A DNA stretch of 64,000 nucleotides from positions 186,001-250,000 of the forward strand of contig DF236975.1 of the NCBI GenBank assembly GCA_000708835.1. The letters run 5' to 3'. This document shows positions 1 to 12,969 of this stretch, piece after piece. The notes below the pieces were generated by a model. That model was not told the origin of the DNA and ran no database searches. It was given only the letters and a program-made list of their open reading frames with translations. How positions within the stretch are numbered: the first letter of the stretch is position 1; every line of letters begins with the position of its first letter. Source of the stretch: Klebsormidium nitens. Lineage: Eukaryota > Plantae > Klebsormidiophyceae. A program made the position numbers and the translations under genes.

Positions 1-1950
1 GATGGGATATCTAGCTAGGGTGATCCGAACTGAAGTGCTGTATGCAACCTGTTCACATTATGTTTGGACAGTGACATGAACTTTAACTAGGAAGTCGATA
101 GCGCCCGCGCCGAAATCATACTAGCAGGGGACGGTTCCGTCGAATGTTTTTCAGGTTTTATATGACTAGCTTGCCGTGCAATAATAGCCTCAGAAGTGCA
201 ACGCATGCGCCTTTCAAATTCTGTGGTTCAACGGTTCCGCAAGAATTCCATGAGCGGGAAAACTCAAGTTGAATGCAGCTCGCGCAGTATATGAGTCTGG
301 CCGGAGTCACCGTTTGCTCGCGGATGCTGCGCGTGCGCCGGCGGGCCCGCTGCCCGTTGAATGTAATGTGATGGTCACTATAAAAAGTCCGGTGCGCTGG
401 ATCGAAACGTGCACGGCCTGCCCGGCGGCCCTGCCCCATGGGCCACATTCCCGCGCGATCCTGTTCAACATTGGCTACACCGGGCCCACTGGACATGGCT
501 GGCGGTAAACACGTTCAACAGGTGCGGCTGTTCAATGCCGCTGGCTTGCGCCTGATTGAAAAATGGTCTATGCTAGCTCCCGGGCCTGGCATGCATGCAA
601 TCTGTACAACTCATCTCAAGCCTTCTTTACAATGTTTGCACTTAAAATTGTTGCCTGGTTTTGATCGAACTATTGCCAAACATGCAGTTAGCATGTATGA
701 CCGTCCTCTTTCACCTGCTAATCCAGTAACTCGGTGAATAAGATGTGCTTCTGTGTCCGGCACTGATCGCATATATCATATGCGGCCGTCGGAATCTTGT
801 TCGGCAAGTGACCACCGTCCGTCCAGGTATTGCAGCTATTCTTCCTATATTGAAACTCAATAGGACCGTCTAAAGCCCTTGTGTCTAGATTGGACTGCAA
901 CGCAGGTGTTGATCCTCGGCACGGGACGATCCTAGCATTCTATACTTGGACTATATATTGGTCGGCTCTTTGGGTCCTTGTATTCTCCAATCACCATGTG
1001 TGCGTTTTGTCTGAAGAGAAGGAGAGGAAGCAGTCAGTTAATTTTTCACGTCAAAGAGGTCTTTGAAAACTTGACAAAGGCAGCCCCTCTTCTGAATGGT
1101 TAGACATCGCAGGTAAAAATCACCTTCAACGGTAATCCACCCGCGACACTTCCGGATCCATCAGACGGACTCTGCTCTACGACATTATTAACTGAACAGG
1201 GTCAAAAACACGTAACGATTTAGCTGACGACTACCCCATGTGACCGCACTTCGACGCGTACGCAGAAGCTTGAGCGCCTTGCAGGGACGTTGTGTTGATT
1301 GAAGATGCGCTATGAACGCAAGAGGTCTCAGTCCCGCTTTTCATAAACCCGCCAATTTCCATGTACTGTCCTTTCCTAAGCACACTCTCATCTTGTGGAC
1401 CTCGAGTCTTCGAGTTAGAATGGGCACATCTCCTTTCAGAGAACAGTTTTGCTTAGCGAAGCCACTCGGCAAGACAAAGACACCCGGACGACACCACCGG
1501 GGAGTTGGACAACGACAGCCAAGTCTCAGTTTCTGACTGCCTTGAGAGCTTGGTGACCTAGTGACGTACTAGATTCCCGCCACCAGGACCTTAGGGGTAG
1601 CGCTTGCTGATCAATTGAGAGGTATCTCAAATGCATGTTTACTAAGGGTCATGCTGACGAAGGGAAGTGCCCGGAAGACGGGTGGGGTGCTTTGGGTGTT
1701 CAGGTTGAGGAGTCAGGACAGTTGCGGAGCATTTGATCTCTAGGTTTAGGCTTTTGATTCTACTTTCCCCCGGACCACGACACCAGTCAATGTGTCCTCA
1801 GCCAACTTGAAATCGAGAAGTATCCGATTGGATACCAGCGGCGACAGACGTCCATGCTTAGGCAATATGCATTTCCGAACCATGCTTATCGCAAGGAGCC
1901 CGCCGGCGACCCGACGCGTGGAGCTTCTGAATGCCGCCTTTGACCCTCAC

Positions 1951-4747
1951 CTGGCAAGCTTGAGTCCCGAGCGGAGGGCCCAGTCAATCAGCTTTGGGTA
2001 AAGTCGACACGGTATGTGGATCGCCAGAGGGGGCCCGCCCTTCTCCCGCAACTCCTTAGAGGCTGCCACGTGGAGCGCAGCAAACGCGGCCTCCGTTTCA
2101 AACACGCCGTGGCCCGTGACGATGGGTGACGTCCTGTAGCCCCTGTAGAAGAAGAGGAAACGTGAAGATTGAAAAGCTTTACGATTTCCCTTCTGCCACC
2201 CTTTACTGGCAAATCTCAAGTGGTTTACTTTGTAAAATCTGAACGTTTTGGTGCAATATGCCTCCAAAAGAAGAAAGTACTTCGGCTGGCAGGCACGAAT
2301 GGCCGCCCCGTTGAACGTAGTCGCTCTGTGAGCGAAAGTGTGCAGTGGCGTCAACGGATCCAGAGATAGGAGCTCCCAAAAGATCCCACGAAACGCGTTC
2401 TGATCTGTTGAGCGCAAGGCAGTTCCGTCAGCTTTAGATTGCAATTCTAGGCATAACAACATTCGCCCCGACTTCGCTTCGATTTCTTGAAAAGCCGGAG
2501 TACTGATGGCGCGTTTCACCAATGGAGAGGCTTGGGCATAAGCCCGTCTCCAGACCTCCAAGATCTGTACCAGCAAAGGGATCACGAGGGACTTTCGGCA
2601 GCCTCATGGGGATTGATCCAAGTAGCACTTACTTCCTGCAGGAGTAAGAAAAGGCCGAAGAAGCCAACTTCACGACGACTTCACTCCGTCTGGAACTCAG
2701 TCTTCAAGGCGACAATTTTAACGCCCTTGATTTCAAAGCAAACCCAAAACGGTCTTGAAGGGTAAGCTTGTGAGACTGAGCCACGAGATCAACGCGAATT
2801 CCAACCGCTGCCTCAGAAAGTTTGTGAGACTGGAGCCACGATAGCTGCTACGATCTTCAGCCGATCCACCATCTCTGATAGATTTAAAGTGGGAATACGA
2901 CATGCATCTCCTCTTTGCACATCATTGAGTGTGAGAGCTCAGATGTCTGCGCTTCCAACTAATCACTTTCACACAACCCAATTCGTGGGCTTCGAATTCG
3001 ACACCCGTTTTAAAGGCCAGCTGTCCTCACACTATTCGCTCCCCCTCAGTAACCACCCACGACGGCCACGCCGCCGAAGCCTCCCGTATGTTCTGCTCCC
3101 GATGCAAGCCGGTTGCTTCCGTGTAAAGGGCTGCGCATGCCGGCACGTCTTTCTCCTCTAGCCGCCGTACGCCGAGGTTAGCGTGTGCTGCCGTCGCTTT
3201 GGGTTTGACGAACCCGGTGAAGAAGGACCAGATGTCGGCGACGCGGTAGCCGAGCGAGTGGTACAGCCGGAAGCTGACGTTGTTCATGGTGTTCTGCGCG
3301 CAATTAGTGAATCACTGTTTAGCCTTTCAATTTTCAGAATCCTGTGCTTTTGGGGGGACATTATAAGTCGAATCTGCTGAGACAAGGTGATGGTGGCAAA
3401 TATTTCTGATTGAGAACCCTGGTCAGTAGAAGGAAACATTAAGTCTTAACAGTTGTCTTCAATCTACTTGGCTCCTTTCCACCGGACCAAGAAATATAGA
3501 AGTGGTCACTGCTGTACACCATCTCATCAAGATGCTAAGCTGCGCCTCGGAGCAAAGACCAGCTTAATGGCTTGAGAAGTTCTGATGGCCAAAAAGATAT
3601 TTAAGAGGCGTGCATGTAATCAGGCATACGCTTTCCTCCTTCCGCAGAACCCTTGTCAAGTCCCAAAGGTGCAACCTTGGACAGATTTTAACCTGACTGG
3701 CAACAGGGCGGTCATGAGAAGTCGAGGCAATTGCCGGCTAGCATCTCAGCAAAAGACAACGCATTCGTCGTTCCTCACTTGCACCAACCGCACTGATGAC
3801 CATTGGCGCTCTTGTATCTTGTTCAACAGCGCCGCATTGACCGCTTTTCCGATGCCTTGGCCCCCAGCCTCCGGGCGGACAAACACGGGCCCGACAGCGA
3901 CAACCTCCCTGCACTAGTTAAGAGGGAGATTGCCGGGTTGAGCAAACCTAGTTAGAGGCTACACATTTTCCTTGTGAACGGAGAACTTGTCAGGTCGGAC
4001 TCCTTGTAGGTTTCGAAACTGGTTGAAAGGGGGGTAAAACTACTGTTGTTATCTGCATGCATGAACCTAGAAAAGGGCTTGCAGAGTTGTGCGGGCTCAA
4101 AGGTCCCAAAACGAGACAAGATGTCATTGCTTATCAGAACGAAGATCATGCTGTGAGAGCTGCTCGTCGGACGTCCTCATCTTTCTCAACACTGTTTCAG
4201 GAGAAAGAAGGTGTGCAGATGCACTGACACCACTTTCAGAAAGATGAATACTTTCCACTGGAACAGTGCAAGTCCCCCAGACAAGACCTTGACTCACCCC
4301 TGCTTCATTACTACTTCTGTATTGAATGCACGTAGCTACAGACCTCCCATCACCTGGTGCGCACGCATTCATTGATATGAAGTGACCACCAGCAAGAAGC
4401 AATCATAGCACAGTCAATAATCTGGGCAATAGTCCACAGAACCCTTCAAGTCCATCACAGAAAGTCACTGCTGCAACTGCTCACCCCATGACTTCTCCGA
4501 AGCAGCCCCCCAGCACCTTCCCATCCGCATCCACCGCAACAATGCCGTCAACACCATCTGACAGCTTCTCAAGCTTGGACCGAATCACTCCAACTGCGAT
4601 GTTCACATTCTCAAAGTCAGCGTGCGGCGTCAGAAGCCGCGCCTGCTGTGCAAGGTGGTTGAAGGCCTCGAAGCATGCGGCGCCGGCGGACTCTAGGTCT
4701 TCTTCTCTAATGCTGCGGACCTCGTACGCAGCTTTTTCTCCCGCCAT
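1951..4747 (-). CDS. Two-domain GNAT-family N-acetyltransferase, spliced; final exon not located
   Basis: Exons 4747-4485, 3908-3779, 3293-3031 and 2142-1951 join in frame at GT-AG sites. The product has the GNAT N-terminus (YEVRSIREEDLESAGAACFEAF), the acetyl-CoA motif A (VGPVFVRPEAGGQGIGKA), the NxxSFRLYHSLGY motif, and a second degenerate GNAT domain (VRRLEEKDVPACAALY...LIDWALRSGLKLAR). A donor follows at 1950, but no convincing terminal exon was found. Confidence 0.85.
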
Positions 4748-6142
4748 CTACCAACACTTGCAATTCTGCTAGACTTGCCCAAATCTGCAAAGGCCAAACA
4801 AATGCTCACAATGTCACATGCATTGTCATGATATCAAAAGCAAAGGCCCAGGGCCACAGCGCACCTCTCCGCCAGCTAAAAGATGCTTGAATGCTACAGG
4901 CTACAGGGTCTGTTGAAAACTTGTTTTTGCAGATTGAAACCCTAATTCGCAACTTTTCCTGAGCTGTCTCCGACCCGATCCCCAAACCCTGAACCCTGCC
5001 AATGCGCATATATGATGCGCGCCGCGTTGCGGGCGGCCGGGCGGCTAGCTAGCTAGATCGAGATGCATCATTCAATCATGCGCATTGGATACTTGTGTGT
5101 GCCTACTAAATGAAGGCTGTTTTTTCGCGCGACATTCCTCGTTAAAACGTCATGAGCAAGTGTGAGCAAGCAAAGAATGGCGACCGGCGTCTAAGTACCG
5201 AGCAGGACTGTGTTCGAAGGCTCATGATGGATCGCTTGCTTTGAGGTTGCTTTGGCGAAATTTCTCCCTGCCAGCCAATGGCAGGTTATAAATTGACAGA
5301 CGCAGAATAGGAGGTCCGCAAATCTGCAAAGTATCTGTAGCCTTTTTTGCCGACTCCGCTGATCCGGGGGTCTTTGGAGTATTTCCGTTTGGCTACTAAA
5401 CGTCATCGTCCAGCAGTCCGGAAAGACTCTCATCAAGGTTGCCAATGCCGCATCGACGCGACGGCGCTGGAAGCTGTAGCAATTACTCCAGAATGGTCAG
5501 GCTTTGTCAATCGACCTTCTTTCGTCGAGACACTAAGTCAGTTGAAGCCCGCTGTAGTTCGTTTTAACTATCATTCTAGAGTTTCGAGCTTTGTGTATGT
5601 TGAGTTGCAGGATCGGGATGAATCAGAAAACGCGGCAAGATCTGTCGCGTGCGTTAAGCAGCTTTTAAGGTACAGATCATTTCTGGGGGCGTTGAAAAGG
5701 ACGCGGTCTGCATTGAAAATGATGCGTTATCAGCAATGAGAACCATCTCGTTTTTCGTGCACGATATGTTGTAGCAAAGAAGGGAGCTTGTGTATCGTTT
5801 TAAGGCTCCGCTCCATGTAATTTACAACGTGCTGAACGCCTACTTTGAAGCAGAGTCTACAATGGGGAAAACCTTCCCTCTTTTTCCTGCTTGCAGTTGT
5901 CTTCTACAGTTTAGAGCCTGCTTAGGGTGCATCATGTCGTAATTTTATACTAGGGAAAGGCTCAATTGACTTTGTGAGTCTGCATCCAACAGCCTCGTTT
6001 TCAACAACCCGTTTAATTCAGATCCACGGGACCCGCAGATCCAATTAGATACAATTTCTTTTCCATTAGATGGAACTCGTAATGAAAAAGATGAATACGC
6101 AAATAGCTTTGCATATAAAAGGTTTTTGCTATAAGAAAAAGT

Positions 6143-6233
6143 TTGCCTATGACGAGCAATATCTCCTGGCTGATTTCTAATCTCTCTATTTCCATTCACT
6201 ATCACTAATAAAGTCATCTGTCGAACAATAAGC
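6143..6233 (-). pseudogene. rpoC2: Plastid rpoC2-like fragment (nuclear plastid DNA, NUPT)
   Basis: Minus frame reads LIVRQMTLLVIVNGNREIRNQPGDIARHRQ, which resembles the RNA polymerase beta'' motif IVRQMTSKV...PGE(L/I)...RQ with matching spacing. The context is AT-rich and unlike the flanking nuclear DNA. Confidence 0.55.
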
Positions 6234-6319
6234 TTCAAAACCTCCCTTATCTCGATTAGAAATTTGGGTAATTGTTCCAGTCGAAGACGCGCTATACACA
6301 GTATTGTTGCTTTTACTAC
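6234..6319 (-). pseudogene. petA: Plastid petA (cytochrome f) fragment (NUPT)
   Basis: Minus frame reads SKSNNTVYSASSTGTITQISNRDKGGFE, matching the conserved cytochrome f segment (DG)SKSNNTVYNA...KEKGGYE. There is no start, no stop and no rest of the gene. Confidence 0.85.
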
Positions 6320-6320
6320 A

Positions 6321-6376
6321 ATTCAGCCTATTGAAGCGGTGCAACGAGCTGCCAGACAGGCAATTGCAGTGTATAT
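6321..6376 (+). pseudogene. Possible plastid rpoA fragment (NUPT, tentative)
   Basis: IQPIEAVQRAARQAIAVY resembles the rpoA segment ITPKEALYEASRNLIDLF. It begins exactly where the petA similarity ends, on the opposite strand. The match is short. Confidence 0.3.
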
Positions 6377-7172
6377 TCTTCTTACCCTTTCTGTAAGAGG
6401 CAAAAGAGAGCGCTTTAGTGAATTAGACCTTTTAAGCAAAAAAGTCTTTGAAAGAATTGGATTGACAATTGCCTATCGATAAAACCCTAAAACCTTGTTG
6501 GATGCCTTCGACCGCGACAGAGGTTTCTAGGCTCAAGTTAAAGATCCTTACCACTTCGCAACGAGTTAAAGTTACCGTCGTGAGCATGTTCGATCCTCTA
6601 CCAGGGCAACAAACGAAGCTTGTCAATCACGGGAATCCCCTGATTGCTTTCCGGTCTGAGGTAACGGCCGCCTTGGTTGATCAAACGCCCGCCAAACCAT
6701 GTGCCGTTCTCATCTAGAAAGTCCAGTTTCAGCTGATGTTATGCCCGATGCAATTGCTTCATTGGAATCAACCAAAACCTATTCTTTTAATCATGTACGA
6801 TACGAGGTTGGCTTACAGCATGGCCATCTTTGACGTTGGGTTCAAGGACAGTGACAGGCTTTGCTAGATTCAAGGACACCAATCTGTTGAGTAAATAGAA
6901 GTGAACTAGGTAGATGCATCGCTCGCAAAGAAGACCTGGTTGATAGGAGCTCTTACGACCTCATCAAAGGGCTCAGTGTAATCGGACTCACTCAATCAGG
7001 CTCGCTCAATCAGACTCATTCCATCAAGGCGAGAGAAGGTGAGATGCCATTAGAGCTTCGCTCCACTCCCCCCTCACCCGTTTAATAAGAAGTTCCCCCT
7101 GGGTGATCCCTTTGCTGAAGTTTCATTACTCCCTGCATTGCTTTCTGTACGTCGCACGGCTTCTTTTCAAGC

Positions 7173-10100
7173 ATGATGAAGTCTAGCGTGCTGCCCTCGG
7201 TTCTCTGCATAGCCGGCTCGCTCTTATTCCTCACGCGTTACGCCTCTGAGGTCGAGCACTGGAGTCCTTCGAACGCATATTCAAAGGGCCTGAGTTTCAG
7301 AAAGCGTTTCCAGCATGAGATCGTCAAAAAAACCAAGCTGCCCCAACTTGCTGCAAAGACAGAATCAGCACAAGTTGTGTTCCGAGACTGGAATGCAGAG
7401 CAGATAGACAGTCGTATAGAAGACGACAGGCCAAGACCACATATTATCATTCCGCCGACCGACAGCTCTGGAAAAGTTGCACGTGGAAACTTGGCTCTAG
7501 ATGGGCTCGGTCCGGGACGTTCGCAGGCTGCTGGAGCCAAGAACATAAGCAGGTGAGGATCCAACTTTTCCTTTGTGCTTGAGATGAGAGAATGTTTACA
7601 TGAAGTCTCTAAGGGCGGTGACTGCTTGCAAGAGATTGGAGCTCCCTGATTAAATGCGGAGATCTTATTTAAAAATAGCTCTGTGAGGGCGCTGACTGAT
7701 CAGAAGAGAAGCTGTGGTGCTTTAAGATTTGGCCCGGCCGATCATGCAAACAGGCGCAACTGTGAGGGGCAAAGATTTAAAATCTGCAAGACTGGCCCTT
7801 GCGCACATAACCTGCTGCCCAGCCAGACCAATCTTCCTGGAATAAACACTTGGACTTTAATCTACACCAGCTAAGACTTCCACTTTGTGATTCAAAAGCA
7901 GTTCATCTGATCCAGAAAATACCCACTCTCGTTCAGTTTGAAGGCTCCAAGCCCCTACATTCATAAGCAATGATGATATGCTCTTCTGCAGCCGAGGTTT
8001 TGAAGAGCTTCCGCTTTGTCCACGCTGCGTTGGTGCTGTCAAGTCAGACCAAAGCAAGACCAGCCGTTAAGAAAGTAGCGCTTTCATTGGCACTTGACGA
8101 TGAACCATTAATGGCACACGCTTATGACAAACCAGTTGCTCGAACGATTGATATCTCCCAACGCTCCAATCTCCCCTCTTTTCAAAAGCGACGAGAGATA
8201 CACTATCAGCTCATGCGGATTTCATCTTAGTTTTCCGTGACTGCTGTTCCTAACATGCAGCTGTCGCCCCGACCAGCTCGTATACATATACGATCTGTCC
8301 CCGGAGTTCAACGTGGCGACAGTCACTACCGACTGCGCGACAAACCGGTTTTGGGCGGTGCACCCCCGAAACGCGTGCCAGATCTACTCCCCCGAGCACT
8401 GGGGAATAGGACCTCCCCTTAAGGACGAGAAGTTTGCGGAACTGGGCAGTGATCCTCAGATGTGGGCTGATACTGGACAACACGCTCTTGAAGTCATGTT
8501 CCATCAGGTGACGCTTGCGAAGTCCTCTTTCGAAAGAAACACCGATATAAAGATCGATATAACGACCTTATGAACACCAGTGTTTCGATGTGAGGCCGCT
8601 CGCAGTAGGTCGTTCTGGGACCGTGATCTACCAATTTTGCTTCGCGTTCCCGTCTTTGGAAAGTTGAAGCAGATTGTAGCCTCGTTTCGTGCTCCTTAAA
8701 AAGTCCAACCAGTACTCCGTCGGAGCAGAAACCGGTCAATAGCTCCAGAAATTGAAGCAAAGATGCCCCGGAAACTCTTGTACTCTGGCTTACCCCTATA
8801 TCTACGTTTGCACACTCAAAAATCTACCGGATCTTCACTTCTATCTACATCACTTTAAACAGCACTCGTTCAACTAAAATGACGGACTAAAACGACCGCT
8901 TCGTCATTTGCAGTACATGACGAATCTCTACCCCTGTCGAACGCACGACTCGGAAGCGGCAGCCGCTTTCTACGTTCCTCTGTACACGGGCATACTGTGG
9001 CAAATCCATTCGGCGCAATGTGCGACCAACAACTGCCCACAGCCGTCACCGTTACTAGGTCTCGGAAATAGACTCGAGGAAACGCTCAAGCGTATGCCGT
9101 ACCTAGAAAGGTAGGTTGACAAAGAGATTCGAACCAGCGCGATCGCTCGAGTTCTGCTTGGCCGTGCATGAGATGTCCGCAACGAGTCGCCGTCGCTTTC
9201 TCACTGTTTGGTCCGACTCCTTCTCAAGGAGACGAATCGCCTCTGTGGGGCGCACCAAAATCTGACGACTCAGCACCGGACTCTGTCGTTCCCGCTACAG
9301 CTTTATCTGGTTCCGAGTTGGGCGTCAAAGAAAACCGCAGGCTGGGCTCTCGTGCGTCAGTATCCGGTCCAAGTTCTTGCTCCATCTCACTTCCTCACAG
9401 TGTTCACGTGGTCGATATCTGCTGCGTACCTCGTGAGGACCTACCATGCGCTTCCGTTTTGTTTGGCCGGATCCAAGACGTGTGCTTTCGATCTTGACCC
9501 ACCCGTTCTTTAAACGCGTTTGAGTGCTCTACCGCATCCAAATCAGGATATTCGAAAACGTGCTTCACGTTCTGACGAGTTCGTCGCAGCACGCACTTGC
9601 AGCTGAATCTGGCGTTACTTCTGCAGGAATGAAGGCCGAGACCACTTCACGACGATGGGTTACGTAACTGACCTTGCCGTCGAAGACTTCACCTGCTGCA
9701 AATCCAAGTTACTGAACATGGCCTACACGAGAGCCATGACGTTACTTGGCATAGAGCCTGCGTATGCACACGAAGAGCGCCAAGTGAGCCTTTCAGGTTC
9801 ACTAAATCCGTTCTTAGCCCATCTCCAGTGCTTCGCCGCTTGTAATATGTATTCGAGCTTTTAAAAGTTTCTTGTTTGCACTTCATTCCAACCATTGCTA
9901 AATAAGTTTTTTCGATGACACCGGGGCAATCGAGCGGATGCAAATGAACGGGCTTCGACTTTCTGGAGAAAAGCGAGAATGTCAAGAGGTTCAGTCGATC
10001 TTTTCTGCACGCAAACGAGTGAAAAGCTTGCGGGTTCTGCAAAGCGTGTCCTAAGTTGCTCTCAAAGTACGCGGAAGCTTTGATAGGTTGACGAAGTAGG

Positions 10101-11525
10101 TCCCTACTCCTGTTTGCGCATGAAAGTTTGATTGAGAGCCACGCTTTGATCTATCTTCGGTCTTCCACATTCCACTACCGGGCTAAAATTGTTCAACATC
10201 CAGTTGAATGCTGATGCATCCAAGATGGACGTGCTCAAAATATTATCGAATTTTTTGGGGTTCTAGGAAGGGGTGTTCTCAAGAAAGGTACGCCCGAGAC
10301 CCTCTAATAAAACCTTCCAGCGCCTTTCTTGTTATAACCTTGTCCTCAAGAAAACAGCTGCTGGCGGCGAAAGCTTTGCCCAATCAAACTCCTACTCTTC
10401 TGTATCAGGTCAGCATCCCCTACCCCACCAGCTTCCACCCCGTGTCTCTGTCCGACATAGCCGCCCACCAAACTCTCGTCGCCTCTTCCCACCGTCCGAT
10501 CTTCGTCAGCTTCGCTGGATCGTTCAAACGACCGGGCCTCCACTCCGGCCGCGCCCTGCGCGGTGCGCTCCAGGAGCATTGCGCGCGCGCGCCCGACTTC
10601 TGCCACGTGGCGGCCTGTGAGAATGTGTGCGGCGCCGCGGAGAGCTTCGAGCTATATCTACGGTCGACGTTCTGTTTGCAACCGCCGGGGGACTCGCCAA
10701 CCCGCCGAGGCGTCTTTGATGCGCTACAGGTGAGCGCGTAATGCACAGGTTTTGGCTGCTAACCAGGCTGATAATCAGATTTGAATCCTAGGTTATTGGG
10801 CAAAAAACAGGGCTTCAAATTTGTTCTAAAGCTGGGTACATTCCAAATCTATTTGTTGAACATATAACCACTTTTTAAGCAGCCGGTAAGCAGGCCTTAA
10901 CTGTCCATGGTGAAAGGCCAGAACCTCCAGTGCAATGCGCACAAATATTTATTCAACCAGGCACAAGGGGAGTCAGTCTTGACTAAGACCAATCAGGCTT
11001 GGGTGAAGGATATCGTTCAGACGCCTGTCTACTCGAGCATATTTACAACAAGCTCGGGTCGAAAGCGCAGAACCTTGTGTTTCCAGCTTGCGGTTTTAAG
11101 GATGATCAGCCACGTTTTCTCCCCTTTCAAACGTGCAGGCGGGCTGCATTCCCGTCATCTTCCAACCCAAAACCATCAACCCATACGCCCACTTTTTGCG
11201 GCCCGACTGGGGCCGATACTCAGTGTTCGTTCCAGAAGATGACGTCATCAACGGGGCAACGGACGTCATCGAGTTTCTAAGGAACGTGTCCGATGTCGAA
11301 ATCGAAGCCAAACGCAAGCGTATAGTGAAAGTGCTGCCCCGGATTGTGTATAGAAACGTTGCGCGGACCCTGCTTGGGAAAATGGACGTGGCAGGTTCTG
11401 ACTACCAGGGACCAGTTATTGGGTGGACAGGCGCGTACGAAGTTGCAATCGATGCCGCTTTGGAAAAGATCCGCGACAGAATGCAGACACGTAATGCGAG
11501 TAATGCGGCTACTGAGACTGTTTGA
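7173..11525 (+). CDS. Exostosin-family (GT47) glycosyltransferase, MUR3/KATAMARI (GT47-A)-like type II membrane protein
   Basis: Exons 7173-7552, 8261-8507, 8914-9110, 9627-9783, 10409-10729 and 11139-11525 are in frame. There is an N-terminal hydrophobic anchor, and motifs VYIYDLSPEFN, QHALEVMFH, FYVPLY, EGRDHF, SIPYPTSFHP and [28 protein letters not shown]. Confidence 0.93.
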
Positions 11526-12327
11526 TCACGGAAGAAGACCCAAACAGCGCGGCGTGGCCGCCATCTGGGTCAACTGGTTTTGGAGGAGAACCGTGCAACT
11601 CAAGAGCTTTTGCAGAATCTGCATTGGCCTGCGAGAAACCGTTTCCAGGTGATCGTGAATGAAATCTTGGAACCAGCAAGTGAAGCACTTGTCCGACGTA
11701 TCTAGCCAGCTATTCCTTTTTGCGCCTAGTCAGTCACACTGGATGGACTGGTAAATGAATGTACCTGTAATCCAGTGGTACTATAGTATGTTTGTGCATA
11801 TGACTGCAACGTACGGGAAGTGACCAGAATTTGCCACATGTAAAGAGAGCAATCAAAGTTCGTGCCACAATGAGTGCTGCACGATCCGAAACCTTTTCCC
11901 GGTTGGCCATGCATTGATCACGAAGCTTCCGGCGGCTGTCTGCCGCCCAAGTCAAATGAAGTATAGTGAATCCTACATAGCAATTGAATCGAAGAACCCC
12001 TTCCGTTGCCCGTTAAGCGCAATTGACTCCCGTTTCTAAATGCGCGCGGACCGCCGATGGCAAGAACTAGCGCCTCGTGGGCCCGCCTGCGCCAAGTTTT
12101 CAATCGTCGTACTGAAGTGGTCTAGCTGCTAGCTAGCTGCATAACGCGACTTAGCTGCTCAGCTTGCCAGGTTGCATGACGTTCCAATATGCTTATCCAG
12201 CGATCTAACTTTGTGCACGCCCTCCGCCCACAGATTTTTTGTTTCATATCCAGATTTGCTGCTGCAGCAGGCCTCAAACATATAACGCAAGTATTTAAAT
12301 TAGAATCAAAACCTTGCTTAAATCCCG

Positions 12328-12587
12328 TTTTTGTGTGAGCCACGAATGCGCGCCGGGTTCGTACTAGTAACCCACTCAGTGCCCCGTCTGTTGCATGATA
12401 TGCCATGCCGGCCATGCATTGGATGCATGTACGTTCAACTTGAGTGCCGCATCCGCTCCGTCCACATGATACATGCAAGATCGAAGATGGTCATATGAAC
12501 GCGGTGAGGCGCATACAAGCATGCCGGAGTGTAGAGCACTGAGTTGGCGGGACCATTTGCATGATCTGAGACAGGCTCACACATAAA
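12328..12587. repeat. Imperfect inverted repeat (MITE-like foldback) between two convergent 3' ends
   Basis: Nested complementary blocks: gtgtgagcc (12333) with ggctcacac (12574), actcagtgc (12374) with gcactgagt (12536), and ccggccatgc with gcatgccgg. Confidence 0.4.
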
Positions 12588-12969
12588 TGATGCGCTCATA
12601 CTCCGATTCTACAATTGCGAGGGCTCATCGAAACGTTTATTATACTGATCGAAAGTACACGAATCAAGTGCCCCGTGATGCTACGAGTTCGCAACGGAAC
12701 TGGAAGCGCACAAGTCGAAATCTGATCTTGTCGACTTGAATCTCCTTTACAACTAGTGCCGCAGGTCCTCAAGCCGATGCCTCAAACCAGCTATATAGTC
12801 CGCGCTTATCTCGACTACCTCAACCGCAAAAAGGACCACAATCTTGTGGCCTCACAGTATGTTACAAAGTCTCGATATCAGAACAATCGACCTTCCTCTA
12901 CAATCGCCCAACAGTATTTTCAGTGTACAACATTCTGGCCCGCATCCTGTGCCTCAAGGTATCAATTGC

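Noticed and set aside
1-1950. Short ORFs and candidate terminal GNAT exons
   Set aside because: Several phase-compatible acceptors exist, but none gives a convincing conserved C-terminus, so no call is made.
9689-10042. ORF with LHPLD...KTYLAMV, resembling RluA pseudouridine synthase motifs
   Set aside because: The spacing between motifs is far too short, the catalytic HRLD is not intact, and the ORF is antisense within a GT47 intron and exon.
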